A DNA stretch of 64,000 nucleotides from a virus (taxonomy: Duplodnaviria; Caudoviricetes): IMG/VR virus record IMGVR_UViG_3300024346_000005; one strand, given 5' to 3'. Each line of letters starts with the position of its first letter. Position 1 is the stretch's first letter. The notes below the pieces were generated by a model. It saw only the letters and a program-made list of their open reading frames with translations, had not been told where the DNA came from and ran no database searches. The position numbers and the translations under genes are program-made. Below, in pieces: positions 17,236 to 28,100 of the stretch.

Positions 17236-17781
17236 ATGAATAATTATTACACTTATGCATATTTGCGTGAAGATGGAACACCATATTATATCGGTAAAGG
17301 TAAAGCAGGTAGAATTAATAATACCTTACACACTATTCATCTTCCAGTAAAAGAAGAAAGAAGAATATTCTTAAAGAAAAATCTTACCGATGAAGAAGCA
17401 AGGAAGCACGAGATTTATATGATTGCTGTTTTAGGTAGAAAAGATTTAGGAACAGGAATTTTAAGAAATATGACCGATGGTGGGGAAGGTTGTGCCGGTC
17501 GTGTTTTAAGTGAAGAAACAAAAAAGAAGTTGAGTGATAGTCATAAAGGAAGAAAGAAAAGTGAGGCACACCGAAAAGCATTAAGTGAGGCGGCGAAGAA
17601 AAGAAAAGCAAGTGAAGAAACAAGAGAAAAAATGAGTAAAGTTTTTATGGGAGAAAATAATCCGTCTTTTGGGAAAAAGTGGTGGAATAATGGTGTAGAA
17701 AATAAACTCTGTAAAGAATGTCCCGGTGAAGAATATGTTTTAGGATTTCTGAACAAGTATTGGATGAATAAACATAAATAA
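17236..17781 (+). CDS. GIY-YIG homing endonuclease with NUMOD3 repeats
   Basis: [20 protein letters not shown]...R...E...LRNMTDGGEG. Confidence 0.9.
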   Translation: MNNYYTYAYLREDGTPYYIGKGKAGRINNTLHTIHLPVKEERRIFLKKNLTDEEARKHEIYMIAVLGRKDLGTGILRNMTDGGEGCAGRVLSEETKKKLSDSHKGRKKSEAHRKALSEAAKKRKASEETREKMSKVFMGENNPSFGKKWWNNGVENKLCKECPGEEYVLGFLNKYWMNKHK

Positions 17782-17808
17782 AACATATTAGGTATATTAG
17801 TAATAAAT

Positions 17809-20800
17809 ATGGGATTAAACAAACTTGATAATTTTATAAAGAACACAGAAGGTCGCATTCTTTATGTTTCTCCAAGTGACCTTGATTCTACTGATAGTAT
17901 TAGTAATCAGGGTAATTCACTTGCTCAACCCTTCAAGACGCTACAGAGAGCACTTCTAGAAGCAGCAAGATTTTCCTATCAGAGAGGAAATAGTAATGAT
18001 GATGTAGAGAAGACTACAATTCTCTTAATGCCAGGAGCACATACGGTTGATAACAGACCTGGTTTTTCTATAAAAACTGTTGGTACTACTGCAACAGTAA
18101 CATCTCCAAGTGGGGCAACATCTGCGGCATCAAATACCTTATCACTTACACTCAATTCAGTATTTGACCTCACACAAGACGATAATATTCTTTATAAGTT
18201 CAATAGTGTTAATGGTGGTGTTGTTGTACCCAGAGGAACCTCAATCGTTGGTCTAGATTTAAGAAAGACTAAGATTCGTCCAAAATATGTTCCGAACCCA
18301 ACAGATTCTTCTGTTCCAAACTCGGCAATTTTTAGAATTACCGGTGCCTGCTATTTCTGGCAGTTCTGTATCTTTGACGGCAGTACAGAAGGTACGGTAT
18401 ATACTGACCCAACAGATTTTTCCGTCAATAACAAATCAATCCCAACATTCTCCCACCACAAACTCACATGCTTTGAGTATGCAGATGGAGTAAATCTATA
18501 TGAAGATACAGGTCTTACTGACTTGGATATGTATTATGCGAAACTCTCTAATGCATTTAATCTTGCATCTGGTAGAGACATCGATCAAAAGTATCCTGCC
18601 GATCCTCTTGGTTTTGAGAAGCAGAGGCCAGAATGGGAGATTGTAGGTGCTTTTGCCGCAGATCCTATTAAGATTTCTACAATTGAGTCTGGGTCTGGTG
18701 GAACCGCAAGTAGTCAGGTTACGGTCAAAACTTTAGTACCTCACGAACTCTCGGCAGGAACTCCAATTAAGATTAGTGGAGTTTCTCCGGAAAACTATAA
18801 TATCTCAACAAAAGTTCAGAGTATTAGTGATACGGACCCAACTGTCTTTACATATCTTCTTCCAAATTTCCCACTCAATCTAACAACACCAGGAAGTGCA
18901 TCTAGTGCATTTGTAACAATTGAGACTGATACCGTATCCGGAGCATCTCCATATATCTTTAATATTTCATTGCGTTCCGTTTATGGTATGAATGGAATGC
19001 TTGCCGATGGTAGTAAGGCATCGGGTTTTCGTTCGATGGTTGTTGCACAATTTACTGGCGTATCTCTACAAAAAGATGACCGTGCATTTGTAAGATATAA
19101 TCCAACAAATAGAGATTATTCTGACAATATTGCCATCTCCAGAGTTGCCGGAGCAACTTTATCTGGTAATTCTTCTTCTACCAGCATAGCATATCATCTA
19201 GAACCACTATCAATTTATAGAAGTGGATGGGAATCAAGTCACATTAAAGCAACAAATGATGCCTTTATTCAGATTGTTTCCGTATTTGCAATTGGTTTTA
19301 ATAAGCACTTTGATTCTGAAAGTGGTGGAGACCTGAGTATCACTAACTCAAACTCCAACTTCGGGCAGATTTCACTTACTTCTTCTGGATTTAAGAAAGA
19401 AGCATTTGATAAGGACAATAAAGCATTCATCACCTCAATTATTGCTCCAAGAGCAATTGTAGGAGAAGAAGATAATATTGATTGGATTTCATTAGATGTT
19501 GCCAAGATTGATGCACCGAGTAGTAATAACGCCAGACTATATCTATTTGGATTTACTTCTGAAGATGATGTACCACCAGTACTCACTCAGGGATATAGAA
19601 TTGGTGCAAAAGTAGGTGATAAACTATATTTTACTGCAAACGGGACAGAATACTCGGCAAATATTTTAATGTCCGATGGAGTCACAAGTTCTGTTAAAGA
19701 ATATTCAGTAACTGGCATCCCATCATCAAATAAATTTACAATTGGATCTCATAATATTCAGACTGGTGAAAAAGTTATTATTCTGAGTGATGATGGTGAT
19801 TTGCCAGAAAATATTGTAGAAAATACAGTTTATTATGCAATTGCAAGTGATGTTGACGGTAGTTTAACTGCAAATGAAATTAAACTTGCTTCTTCACAAT
19901 CGGCAGCAGTCAGTGCAAATGCAATTAGCGTTTATAAAGGAACTGGTCTAAGAATTCTGAGTCGGGTATCAGATAAGGTTGCCGGAGATGTCGGGCACCC
20001 AGTACAATATGATGGTACTCAGTGGTATATTACCACAAATGCTAATAGTGGCATTTATACGGCAATCAATTCATTGGGTGTTGCGGGATTAACAGAAAGA
20101 ACCGAACCTTCTTATGTAAAGAGAACTGAAGATACCAGAAGTTTGGATGAAAAACTTTATAAGATTAGAGTTGTAATTCCAAAAGAACTTGTGGGTGCCA
20201 AAAACCCAGAGGATGGATTTGTAATTCAAGAATCAAGTTTTACTGGAATTAGATCGGATACTGACATTAATTTATCATCTCTTTCAACATCAGACTATGA
20301 GTATAACAGAAATCCAAGATTTATTAGTACTTGCTCTTTCAATGAATCTACCAAAATTGTAACTGTTACTTCTGAACTTCCACACAATCTTCAAGTTGGT
20401 GATAGTATTATTATCAAGAATGTAACGGACAGCACCAACCCTGCTGGAGTTGGAAATTCTGGATATAATGGAACCGTTGGGGTTTCATCAGTTTTTGATG
20501 ATATGACCTTTAGATATTCTGTAGGAATAACTACTTTAGGATCATTCACAAATGTAACCTCCAACAGAACAACCTCACTTCCAAGATTTGAGAGAAATGA
20601 CTTACAAGCAAATCTTTACAATTATAGAAGCGAAGTAATCACTCCATACATTAGTGGTATTCAGGATGGTGTTTATCACATCTATACTTTAAGTGCCGAT
20701 AAGGCAATTCCAACAGAGTTCACAAATATTAAGTATAGTCAGAATGTTGTTGATTTATATCCACAGTTAGACAGAGATAATATTAATGATAATCCACTTC

Positions 20801-23439
20801 CTTCCAAGTCATTTGCCAAAAGGTCTCCTCTTGGTGAAGTTGTAACAAATGACCTCAAAAAGAGTATTACAAAAGAATCTACCGACACTTTACTCACAAG
20901 TTTAGGAGTTGGTCTTGATGTTTCCTCTGTTTCTAATCCTACAACAACTTCACCAACAATTACCTTTGCAAGAAGGCACGGTCTTGCCGGTATTGTTACT
21001 GGAACCATAACTCCAAATGGTGGTACTCTTTATACTGATGGAACATATCAAAACCTCAAACTTCTCAATACTTCTCAAACTGGAACCTGGCAGGGAGCAA
21101 CGGCAAGAGTTGTTGTATCTGGTGGTGGAGTTGATTCTGTAGATGTTGTTTCTTCTGGTTCTGGTTATTCTGCTGGCAATCTATTCTTTGATGCCTCTGT
21201 GATTGGTAATGGTAGTAATAATACAAGATACACTATTGCAACATCAGGAATCACTACGGCAGTTGGTAATGTAGTTCAATTTACTGGTGCCGGAACAACT
21301 TCTGACACCTATCATCGTATTACGGCAGTTTCTGCCGATAATCAAATTTCAATTGCCAGGACTTCAGGAGACCCTGTAATTACATCAAATCAATATGCTT
21401 ATGTTGTTGGACCTTCAGTTCAGATTACAACCACCAGTTATTCTTCTGGTATAAGTACCTTTAATTGTTCTGGACCTCACGGATTAGTTGCCGGTAATAA
21501 GTTTAGAGTAATTGATTCTTCAAATAATAATAGAGGAGATTATATTGTAAAAGATAGAGTTGACATTGATACATTTACGGCACTTACACCTACCATAAGT
21601 GTGAATGGTGGATATGTCCTCAAGCACGGTCTTTCTACAAATGATTCAAGTTCTGATTCTACCGCAGAAAATCTAGGAATCAGAAGTATTCCATTATTTG
21701 ATAAAGAAACACTTGTTGCTGCTAGTGCAATTACTAACACTACTTCTACAATTACAGTATCAAGTTCTGTAGGTGCAGCAGCAATCACGAAGAGATTCCC
21801 ACTCGGTTCTTATATTCAGATTGATGAAGAGATTATGAGAGTTGCTGGATTCCCTGTGGGTGGTACTTTTACAGTGATTCGTGGTGCTCTTGCCACAAGA
21901 CAAGTATCTCACGATAGTGGTTCACTGATCAGAAAGATTAAACCAATCTCAATTGAATTTAGAAGACCTTCAATTGTCAGAGCATCTGGGCATACTTTTG
22001 AGTATCTTGGATATGGTCCAGGAAACTACTCAACTGGATTGCCTCAGGTTCAGAGCGTAACTTTGACAGAAAGAGAAGAGTTCTTAGTACAATCCCAAGA
22101 AAGGTCCGGTGGTATTGTTGTTTATACTGGTATGAACAATAATGGAGACTCTTTTATTGGTAATCGTAAGACATCTTCATCAACTGGTGAGGAAGTTACA
22201 TTTGATAATCCAATTCCAACAATTACTGGTGAAGACCCATCTAGATTGAGTGCCGTATTTGATGAGGTAACGGTTAAGGAAAGACTTGTTGTTGAAGGAG
22301 GTAATTCTGGTACTGTTCTTTCTCAGTTTGATGGACCTGTTACATTCAATAAAGAAGTTAAGTTTGCTGGTGCAGTAAATGCTAAGTCACAATTAAAAGT
22401 AAGTGCCGATACCCAGTCCACAACTACGGCAAACGGAGCACTAGTTATATCTGGTGGTGTTGGTATTGCCAAGAACCTGAATGTTGGTGGAAATTTAAAT
22501 GTTGCTGGTAGTATAATTGCTAATATAACGGGCAATACAACCGGTAATGTAACTGGTAATGTAACTGGTGATCTTACTGGTACTGCAACTAATGCAAATA
22601 ACATAAACATTTCAGCAACTACATCAACAGATACATCAACTTCGGTAGTATTAGTCGCAAATCAATCAACTGGTAATCAAAGTCCGTTTATTGATTCTGG
22701 ATTGAGTTATAATGCTGATACTAATGCTTTAACGGCATCTACATTTGTTGGTGCTTTAAGTGGTACTGCTAGTTCTGCAACTCAACTACAAACCTCAAGG
22801 ACCTTTAGTATTACTGGAGTTGTTGATGCTCCCGCAGTTTCTTTTAATGGAACTGGCAATGTTGAATTAGTTACTACTTTGGATGATAATTCGGTAACAT
22901 CTGGAAAGATTGTTGCTAATGCAGTAACTACTGCAAAAATAGATTTCCAAAATGCATTAGTTCCTATTGGTGGAATTATTATGTGGTCTGGAATTGCGGT
23001 TCCAACAGGATGGTCATTATGTAATGGAAGTAATGGAACTCCAAACCTAAGAAATAGATTTATTGTTGCTGCAGATAGTCTTACTAAGACTGGAACTACA
23101 TCTCAAGCTGGAACCTCTCCATATGATCCTGGAGATATTGGGGGTAGTGCTGATGCAACTTTAGTATCTCACAGTCATACTGCAACTTCAGATGTTAATG
23201 ATCCTGGACATACTCACACACTTGATACGAGAGATTCCACTGCAAATGAGGGAACCGGTCAAGGAGCAAATCAAGAATTTGCTGGGTGGGATGGTGGTCC
23301 CGATAGGGGAGCAGTAGTGACACAATCCAAGGTAACTCTCATCACAGTTGCGACAACAATTGATCCTTTCGGGGATCCTGCAACAAATGCAAACCTCCCA
23401 CCATATTATGCTCTTGCATTTATTATGAGAACTTCATAA
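17809..23439 (+). CDS. Very large virion structural/tail-fibre protein with C-terminal tail collar domain
   Basis: 1876 aa, S/T/G-rich beta repeats, VTGNVTG repeats, PIGGIIMWSG...GWSLCNG.NGTPNLRNRF collar motif. Confidence 0.8.
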   Translation: MGLNKLDNFIKNTEGRILYVSPSDLDSTDSISNQGNSLAQPFKTLQRALLEAARFSYQRGNSNDDVEKTTILLMPGAHTVDNRPGFSIKTVGTTATVTSPSGATSAASNTLSLTLNSVFDLTQDDNILYKFNSVNGGVVVPRGTSIVGLDLRKTKIRPKYVPNPTDSSVPNSAIFRITGACYFWQFCIFDGSTEGTVYTDPTDFSVNNKSIPTFSHHKLTCFEYADGVNLYEDTGLTDLDMYYAKLSNAFNLASGRDIDQKYPADPLGFEKQRPEWEIVGAFAADPIKISTIESGSGGTASSQVTVKTLVPHELSAGTPIKISGVSPENYNISTKVQSISDTDPTVFTYLLPNFPLNLTTPGSASSAFVTIETDTVSGASPYIFNISLRSVYGMNGMLADGSKASGFRSMVVAQFTGVSLQKDDRAFVRYNPTNRDYSDNIAISRVAGATLSGNSSSTSIAYHLEPLSIYRSGWESSHIKATNDAFIQIVSVFAIGFNKHFDSESGGDLSITNSNSNFGQISLTSSGFKKEAFDKDNKAFITSIIAPRAIVGEEDNIDWISLDVAKIDAPSSNNARLYLFGFTSEDDVPPVLTQGYRIGAKVGDKLYFTANGTEYSANILMSDGVTSSVKEYSVTGIPSSNKFTIGSHNIQTGEKVIILSDDGDLPENIVENTVYYAIASDVDGSLTANEIKLASSQSAAVSANAISVYKGTGLRILSRVSDKVAGDVGHPVQYDGTQWYITTNANSGIYTAINSLGVAGLTERTEPSYVKRTEDTRSLDEKLYKIRVVIPKELVGAKNPEDGFVIQESSFTGIRSDTDINLSSLSTSDYEYNRNPRFISTCSFNESTKIVTVTSELPHNLQVGDSIIIKNVTDSTNPAGVGNSGYNGTVGVSSVFDDMTFRYSVGITTLGSFTNVTSNRTTSLPRFERNDLQANLYNYRSEVITPYISGIQDGVYHIYTLSADKAIPTEFTNIKYSQNVVDLYPQLDRDNINDNPLPSKSFAKRSPLGEVVTNDLKKSITKESTDTLLTSLGVGLDVSSVSNPTTTSPTITFARRHGLAGIVTGTITPNGGTLYTDGTYQNLKLLNTSQTGTWQGATARVVVSGGGVDSVDVVSSGSGYSAGNLFFDASVIGNGSNNTRYTIATSGITTAVGNVVQFTGAGTTSDTYHRITAVSADNQISIARTSGDPVITSNQYAYVVGPSVQITTTSYSSGISTFNCSGPHGLVAGNKFRVIDSSNNNRGDYIVKDRVDIDTFTALTPTISVNGGYVLKHGLSTNDSSSDSTAENLGIRSIPLFDKETLVAASAITNTTSTITVSSSVGAAAITKRFPLGSYIQIDEEIMRVAGFPVGGTFTVIRGALATRQVSHDSGSLIRKIKPISIEFRRPSIVRASGHTFEYLGYGPGNYSTGLPQVQSVTLTEREEFLVQSQERSGGIVVYTGMNNNGDSFIGNRKTSSSTGEEVTFDNPIPTITGEDPSRLSAVFDEVTVKERLVVEGGNSGTVLSQFDGPVTFNKEVKFAGAVNAKSQLKVSADTQSTTTANGALVISGGVGIAKNLNVGGNLNVAGSIIANITGNTTGNVTGNVTGDLTGTATNANNINISATTSTDTSTSVVLVANQSTGNQSPFIDSGLSYNADTNALTASTFVGALSGTASSATQLQTSRTFSITGVVDAPAVSFNGTGNVELVTTLDDNSVTSGKIVANAVTTAKIDFQNALVPIGGIIMWSGIAVPTGWSLCNGSNGTPNLRNRFIVAADSLTKTGTTSQAGTSPYDPGDIGGSADATLVSHSHTATSDVNDPGHTHTLDTRDSTANEGTGQGANQEFAGWDGGPDRGAVVTQSKVTLITVATTIDPFGDPATNANLPPYYALAFIMRTS

Positions 23440-23459
23440 ATACTTAAAAAGTCTCCAAG

Positions 23460-25412
23460 ATGGCAAATTATAACAAATCATTTAATTTTAGAAATGGAGT
23501 TCAGGTCGATGATGACAACTTTATTGTAAATGCAAATGGTTTGGTTGGAATCGGAACATCAATTCCTACAGAGTTTCTGGATGTTTACGGAACCGCAAAG
23601 GTTACCGGATTAGTCACGGCAACGAATCTGACAATCACCGGAGTTTCCACTTTTTATAGTGATGTAAGAGTTGGTTCTGGAATTACGATGTATGCCTCTA
23701 CAGGAATCGTAAGTGCCACGGCATTTTATGGAAGTGCCGTTGGACTAACTAGCATTTATGCAATTGCAGTTGATGGATGGATTGTTAATGCCGGAAACCT
23801 CTCTACAACATCTAAAGTAGGTATAGGAACCACACTTCCATACCATTCATTACAGGTAGGTCAGAACCCTCTAACTGGGAATGGATTTTCGGTTGATGCC
23901 ATCACAGGAAATGTAAATACAACTGGAATTATAACGGCACCTAGTTTTGTTGGAAACTTAACAGGAAATGTACTAGGAAATATAAATTCTAGTGGTGTTT
24001 CAACTTTTTCCACACTTCAAGTAGGAACCGGAGTCACTATTAGTGGTGGTATTGTAAATTCTAATAGTTTTGTCGGAAACCTAACAGGAAATATAAATTC
24101 TAGTGGTATTTCAACTTTCTCCACACTTAAAGTAGGAACCGGTGTTACAATTAGTGGTGGTATTGTTACTGCAACCTCATTTAGTGGACCTTTGACCGGT
24201 ACTGTAACTGGCAATCTAACTGGAACAGCAACGACGGCATCAACACTTCCTTCTTCGGCAACTATATCAATTACTTCGGTAAATAGTGGATTTAGTTCAA
24301 CAGGAATTGCAACAATAACTGATACTCTTTATGTAACTGGTAAAATTAAAGTAGGAACTGCCACGGCACCAGAGGCAGACATAGAAGTTAATAAGTCTGG
24401 TATTTCATCGATAAGAGTAATTAGTAGTAATAATGATATTGCAAGTATTGGTATTGGAAGAAGTGCAGAAATAAGAACCGGAAATGTCAATAATTTATAT
24501 CCATATAGCACTAGAAACTCTCTTGATATTATAAACTATAATGCTGAAAATGTCAACTATTATCTTGATTATGGTTCGGCAGGGGTAGGAACTGGTAATT
24601 TTAATTGGATTTATGGGCAGAGTCCATCAAGTCCATTAATGTCACTCACCTATGGTGGAAATCTAGGATTAGGTATTACCAACCCACAATCAAAACTTCA
24701 TGTGGTGGGAACATCCTATATTACTGGCATTACAACAATTGATAGTAATTTAGATGTTAATCAAAATTTATATGTTTATGGAAATATAACATTTAATGGG
24801 TATATAACTGGCAATCTTGGAATCACAACTTTTTCTAGACTAGGTATTTCTACAAGCACAATTTCAACTAATTCTTATGAATTCTTTGTTGGTGGTGATC
24901 CGGTATTTGGTGAAGGAGTTTCAATAACTAAGACTAGTATTAGAGCATCAGGAAATATTAGATCAACAAGTATAACCAGTACGAACATTAATAATAGTGG
25001 TATTATAACTTCTACTTTAGGTTTTGTTGGTCCTCTAACTGGAAATGTAACTGGAAATGTAACTGGAAATGTAACTGGGACAGCAACAACTGCTTATGGA
25101 GCATACAACCTTAATGGATCTCCCGATATTATAGTATCTTCTGTTGGTATCGGCACTACAACCTCCACAGGAACAGCATCACAAACACTTCAAGTTACTG
25201 GTGGTGCTTATGTTTCTGGTTCTGTCGGCATAGGAATTACAAATCCAAAAGGTGTTTTAGATTTAGTTTCTACAACACAACCATTATATCTTCCAAGAAT
25301 GACAACAGCACAAAGAAATTTAATTGTTGGTATTTCTAGTGGTGCAGTTATCTTTAATACAAGTATCAATGAGTTTCAGGGATATACGGGAACTAATTGG
25401 GTGACATTATAA
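23460..25412 (+). CDS. Tail fibre-like structural protein
   Basis: Repeated VGIGT/GIT..S and GNVTG motifs typical of cyanomyovirus fibres. Confidence 0.75.
   Translation: MANYNKSFNFRNGVQVDDDNFIVNANGLVGIGTSIPTEFLDVYGTAKVTGLVTATNLTITGVSTFYSDVRVGSGITMYASTGIVSATAFYGSAVGLTSIYAIAVDGWIVNAGNLSTTSKVGIGTTLPYHSLQVGQNPLTGNGFSVDAITGNVNTTGIITAPSFVGNLTGNVLGNINSSGVSTFSTLQVGTGVTISGGIVNSNSFVGNLTGNINSSGISTFSTLKVGTGVTISGGIVTATSFSGPLTGTVTGNLTGTATTASTLPSSATISITSVNSGFSSTGIATITDTLYVTGKIKVGTATAPEADIEVNKSGISSIRVISSNNDIASIGIGRSAEIRTGNVNNLYPYSTRNSLDIINYNAENVNYYLDYGSAGVGTGNFNWIYGQSPSSPLMSLTYGGNLGLGITNPQSKLHVVGTSYITGITTIDSNLDVNQNLYVYGNITFNGYITGNLGITTFSRLGISTSTISTNSYEFFVGGDPVFGEGVSITKTSIRASGNIRSTSITSTNINNSGIITSTLGFVGPLTGNVTGNVTGNVTGTATTAYGAYNLNGSPDIIVSSVGIGTTTSTGTASQTLQVTGGAYVSGSVGIGITNPKGVLDLVSTTQPLYLPRMTTAQRNLIVGISSGAVIFNTSINEFQGYTGTNWVTL
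23976..24167 (+). repeat. Internal in-frame duplication (111-nt offset) in fibre gene
   Basis: GNINSSG(V/I)STFSTL(Q/K)VGTGVTISGGIV occurs twice, near-identical at DNA level. Confidence 0.85.
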
Positions 25413-25481
25413 GGAGGGGCTTGACAGAATACTCATAATACTGCTAGACTAGGTTTGTCCCCGTTGAAGATGAGACTTTAA

Positions 25482-25539
25482 TCCACTTAAAGAACCGTCC
25501 ACTGGGGGTCTTCACAGGACCCCTTTTTTGTTGTATAAT
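25482..25539 (+). promoter_or_regulatory. Palindrome/hairpin/TATAAT promoter cassette (divergent copy)
   Basis: TCCACTT-N4-AACCGTCCAC, GGGGTC/GGACCCC hairpin, TATAAT 25534. Confidence 0.6.
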
Positions 25540-25573
25540 TATATAAATAATAATATGGTAGGTTTCGCCACTT

Positions 25574-26116
25574 ATGTATTATACTTACGCATATCTAAGA
25601 GAAGATAAGACTCCATATTATATTGGTAGAGGAAAACATCATTCTGGATACAAATATCATAGAATGACTCAAAAACATACTTGCGGTATACCTCCACAAG
25701 AAAGAAGATTAATCTTAAAAGATAATCTATCAAAAGAGCAAGCAATCAAACACGAAGAATATATGATTGACTTGTTTGGTTTAGTTTGGGATGAAACTGG
25801 GGTATTAAGAAATCACGTTAGAGATAGTCGTGGTGGTAGTTGCAAAGGTAGAAAGCTTTCAGAGGAAACTAAACAAAAAATATCTGCTGCTATGAAAAAT
25901 AAATGGCAAAGTGGTCTTTATGATACTGATGAATATAGAAATAAAATATCAGAAAGTAATAGAAAAAATCCAAGAGTCAAACAACATAGTGAAGAAACAA
26001 AAGAAAAACAAAAAAAGGCAAGCACCGGAAGACCTCAAAGCGAAGAGACTAAGCAAAAAAGGTCTGAAAGTATAAAAAGGTGGTGGACAGAAAAAAAACT
26101 GGCACAAGACCCTTGA
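25574..26116 (+). CDS. GIY-YIG homing endonuclease
   Basis: [20 protein letters not shown]; NUMOD3-like tail; TATAAATA at 25542. Confidence 0.9.
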   Translation: MYYTYAYLREDKTPYYIGRGKHHSGYKYHRMTQKHTCGIPPQERRLILKDNLSKEQAIKHEEYMIDLFGLVWDETGVLRNHVRDSRGGSCKGRKLSEETKQKISAAMKNKWQSGLYDTDEYRNKISESNRKNPRVKQHSEETKEKQKKASTGRPQSEETKQKRSESIKRWWTEKKLAQDP

Positions 26117-26141
26117 GTTTTGCCAGAAAGTGCCTTATAAT
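26097..26141 (+). promoter_or_regulatory. Promoter cassette
   Basis: AACTGGCACA-29 nt-TATAAT. Confidence 0.8.
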
Positions 26142-26157
26142 ATGAGTATTGAATTGA

Positions 26158-27432
26158 TTGATGATGTTCCAACTCCGTCCTCACCAACAAACTGCTATGG
26201 ATGCTCTCTCGCAGCATTCTAAAGGTATTGTCGTGATGCCAACAGGCGGCGGTAAAACTAATGTAGGTATTTTCGATGCTGTTCGCCAATTCCAGTCTAA
26301 CATCTCAAAGACAATTGTAGTTGTTAGTCCTCGTATTTTGCTTGCTGAACAGTTGTCTTCTGAGTATCTTGAGTTTATCACTAATGCTAATGTTCTTCAT
26401 ATTCACTCCGGAGAAACTAGGCATTTTAGCACCACGAAACCTAATGTAATTCGTAATTGGTACGAGCAGGCACAAGGTCACAAACTTATCTTCACCACCT
26501 ATAACTCTCTACAGCAACTACAAAGGGCAGAAATCACCGTTGATACAATTTATATGGATGAGGCACATAATTCTATTCAACGTCACTTCTTCCCTGCGGT
26601 AGAGTATTTCAGTGCAGAGGCAGAGCGTTGTTTCTTCTTTACTGCCACCCCAAAATACAGCAATGTAATTGGTAAGGCAGGTATGAATGATACTGAGGTC
26701 TACGGTAGCATCATCGCTAAGGTTCCTGCTCCTCAATTGGTTCAGAACGGTTACATCATTCCTCCTAAGGTGATTTGCAAGCAGATGCGACTTTCGGTCA
26801 AGGGTGAGGACATCGCTCAACGGGACTGTGAGTATCTACTTGACCTTATCCTTAATCCCAAGCAGGTTACTGTAACTGAGGGTTTGGTTGATTACTCAAA
26901 CTCTGTTGATAAAGTCCTGATTTGTGCCAAGGCAACCAAGCACATTATTGGTCTGCTTTCCGAAACTGACTTTGCCGAACAACTGGCAGAGGAAGGTTAT
27001 TCTGTGATGCACATTACTTCCAAGCACGGTGCCTTTATTGATGGTGATAAAGTCAATCGTGAGGTATTCTTTGATACTCTCAACGAGTGGGGTAAGGATG
27101 CCGACAAGAAGTTTGTGGTTCTTCATCACAGCATTCTGGCAGAAGGCATTAACATCTCTGCTCTGGAAGCGGTTGTGTTTATGCGTTCTATGGACATCGT
27201 AGGTATCGGTCAAACGGTCGGTAGGACGCTGCGTCTTCACCCCCAGGATGCCGCTGGAATCCGCTCTGGTGCCCTTGTGGCAGGTGCTCTGGACTCCTAC
27301 ACCAAATCCTATGGTCTGGTGATTTGCCCGACCTTTGACAAGGCATCTACGGGCACGGCACAGAAGGTTCAGAACGTGATGGACATTATCTTCCAGAAGG
27401 GGGATGTGGCAATCAGCACGATCAATCGCTGA
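26158..27432 (+). CDS. SF2 (DExH, ResIII-like) helicase
   Basis: PTGGGKT, DEAH, TATP, LAEGI, Q.VGRTLR motifs. Confidence 0.9.
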   Translation: MMMFQLRPHQQTAMDALSQHSKGIVVMPTGGGKTNVGIFDAVRQFQSNISKTIVVVSPRILLAEQLSSEYLEFITNANVLHIHSGETRHFSTTKPNVIRNWYEQAQGHKLIFTTYNSLQQLQRAEITVDTIYMDEAHNSIQRHFFPAVEYFSAEAERCFFFTATPKYSNVIGKAGMNDTEVYGSIIAKVPAPQLVQNGYIIPPKVICKQMRLSVKGEDIAQRDCEYLLDLILNPKQVTVTEGLVDYSNSVDKVLICAKATKHIIGLLSETDFAEQLAEEGYSVMHITSKHGAFIDGDKVNREVFFDTLNEWGKDADKKFVVLHHSILAEGINISALEAVVFMRSMDIVGIGQTVGRTLRLHPQDAAGIRSGALVAGALDSYTKSYGLVICPTFDKASTGTAQKVQNVMDIIFQKGDVAISTINR

Positions 27433-27476
27433 ACTGGCACAGGGGGTTGATCAACGGACCCCTTTCCTGCTATAAT
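27432..27476 (+). promoter_or_regulatory. Promoter cassette
   Basis: AACTGGCACA-29 nt (GGGGT/ACCCC hairpin)-TATAAT. Confidence 0.8.
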
Positions 27477-27497
27477 ACTCTGAGATTTAAAATCATT

Positions 27498-28100
27498 ATG
27501 ACGAAACCAATTTTAACTCCAACTGAATATGATGCACTTTGTAACATTCTTGAATGGGCATGGACTTCTCTTCATCAAGAACCAGAACTTTGTTTAAAAG
27601 ATATTAACTATTCTTCTGCATCAAAGGTAGTTAAACAAGAGCGCACTGAAGCGGAACCAGATAATGGATTGAGTCCAAGTCTTTATACAGAATATGAACC
27701 AACTGGTGTAGATCCAATCAAAACTGGTGAGTGTGGTCTTGGACTTGCAGAAGCATTTGAATATACTTTAGAAGAACCAAATGCGGATAATATTCATACT
27801 ATGATTACCACCTTGATGTATAAGTTGAACTGTAATCCTTGTCTTGCAAATGGTCTTGGTAATACTTGGGAAAATCTTGCACCTCTTGTAGATAATAACG
27901 AACGAGATCGTTTAGAAAATATTGGTGATGATCCAGATGTTACAACACAAACACTTGAAGGGTATGTTGTTGAAGATATTAGTTTGAAGAATAAGGTTTC
28001 CCGACTTCAAGAATACTTTGATGATGTAGGTGAAAATGGTCTTATTCAATTAGATGATAATCTTTGGATTGATGGTAGAAATTCCGATATTTTTCCCTGA
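27498..28100 (+). CDS. Hypothetical protein (ATG 27498 preferred)
   Basis: Acidic ORF between two cassettes. Confidence 0.75.
   Translation: MTKPILTPTEYDALCNILEWAWTSLHQEPELCLKDINYSSASKVVKQERTEAEPDNGLSPSLYTEYEPTGVDPIKTGECGLGLAEAFEYTLEEPNADNIHTMITTLMYKLNCNPCLANGLGNTWENLAPLVDNNERDRLENIGDDPDVTTQTLEGYVVEDISLKNKVSRLQEYFDDVGENGLIQLDDNLWIDGRNSDIFP

Noticed and set aside
25574-25576. Antisense module for the 25574 and 38778 endonucleases
   Set aside because: The late promoter is present, but I found no nearby sequence complementary to their leaders.
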